This document shows positions 63,465 through 64,000 of a stretch of 64,000 nucleotides of DNA, one piece after another. The translations under genes and the position numbers were made by a program. Source of the stretch: Mytilus edulis (taxonomy: Eukaryota). Numbering within the stretch: position 1 is the first letter of the stretch; each line of letters begins with the position of its first letter. The notes under the pieces are model-generated. The model made no database searches and was not told where the DNA came from. It saw only the letters and a program-made list of their open reading frames with translations. The stretch covers positions 60,140,001-60,204,000 of the forward strand of contig NC_092346.1 of NCBI RefSeq assembly GCF_963676685.1, written 5' to 3'.

Positions 63465-64000
63465 ATTAGACCCTTTTTCTTCAATATAATGCCCCAAAAA
63501 ATGGCACGCATTAAGTTTATTCTATATCCAACTAGCATACCAAATATCAAATCAATCCGACAAGTTTTATGGCAGTTCTGATAGTTTTAATAACACTACC
63601 CTCAGGTTGATAATTGTAGGTATTTTCTGGCTTGAAATTATAAAAACATGAAACTACTAGGAAAAGTAAAAGTTTAATAACTTTCTTGTTAAACATGATA
63701 TCTTAAAAAAGTAAAATGTCTATAGTAGCTAAATGGTTATATTTCTAGAATCTGAAAGAAAATTTATAAAAAAATATGTTTTTTCAATTGAAATTAATTT
63801 TTTTTTAAATTTTTTTTTTTAATTTAGCTAACATACCAACACTAGATATAAAAAAATCCATTTAAAATATTTAAAAAGAAAATTTACATTCAAAACTTAT
63901 CTTAAAAAATTGCTTATCTTATCTGTAATAAGTAAAATATAACATAAACACTAATTAGTCATAGTTCACAGGTACTTGGCCTATTTACCTGAGGTACCAA
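63012..64000 (+). mobile_element. Start of a second, tandem copy of the KolobokP-type element (runs off the window)
   Basis: 63465-64000 matches 58125-58660 (offset 5340 bp), with no difference seen. Confidence 0.88.

Overview
AT-rich eukaryotic genomic DNA, most likely from a Mytilus-type bivalve (inferred from the repeat families). Host genes: (i) four paralogous, atypical nicotinic-acetylcholine-receptor-like (Cys-loop) subunit genes with intronless coding regions, at <1-1115 (-), 22343-23548 (-), 33402-34580 (+) and 47284-48501 (-). All lack the loop-C YxCC and have a shortened loop C. (ii) A 9-exon PhyH-family Fe(II)/2-oxoglutarate dioxygenase gene (49081-56145, -; 372 aa reconstructed by hand). 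From 57672 to the window end lies a young composite DNA transposon with KolobokP architecture: 453-bp direct repeats that carry their own 21-bp TIRs flank a DDD/E transposase and a convergent His-Me finger nuclease. It is arranged LTDR-INT-LTDR-LTDR-LTDR-INT(partial), and the LTDR-LTDR spacers equal the first 4 bp plus the last 4 bp of the internal region. Intergenic DNA holds hammerhead-ribozyme repeats (a 356-bp retrozyme-like tandem plus dispersed copies), Helentron-type HINEs, a Helitron, a stack of Harbinger-type TIR elements sharing TAA sites, a Penelope-like RT fragment, long foldback hairpins and a locally four-fold duplicated non-coding module.
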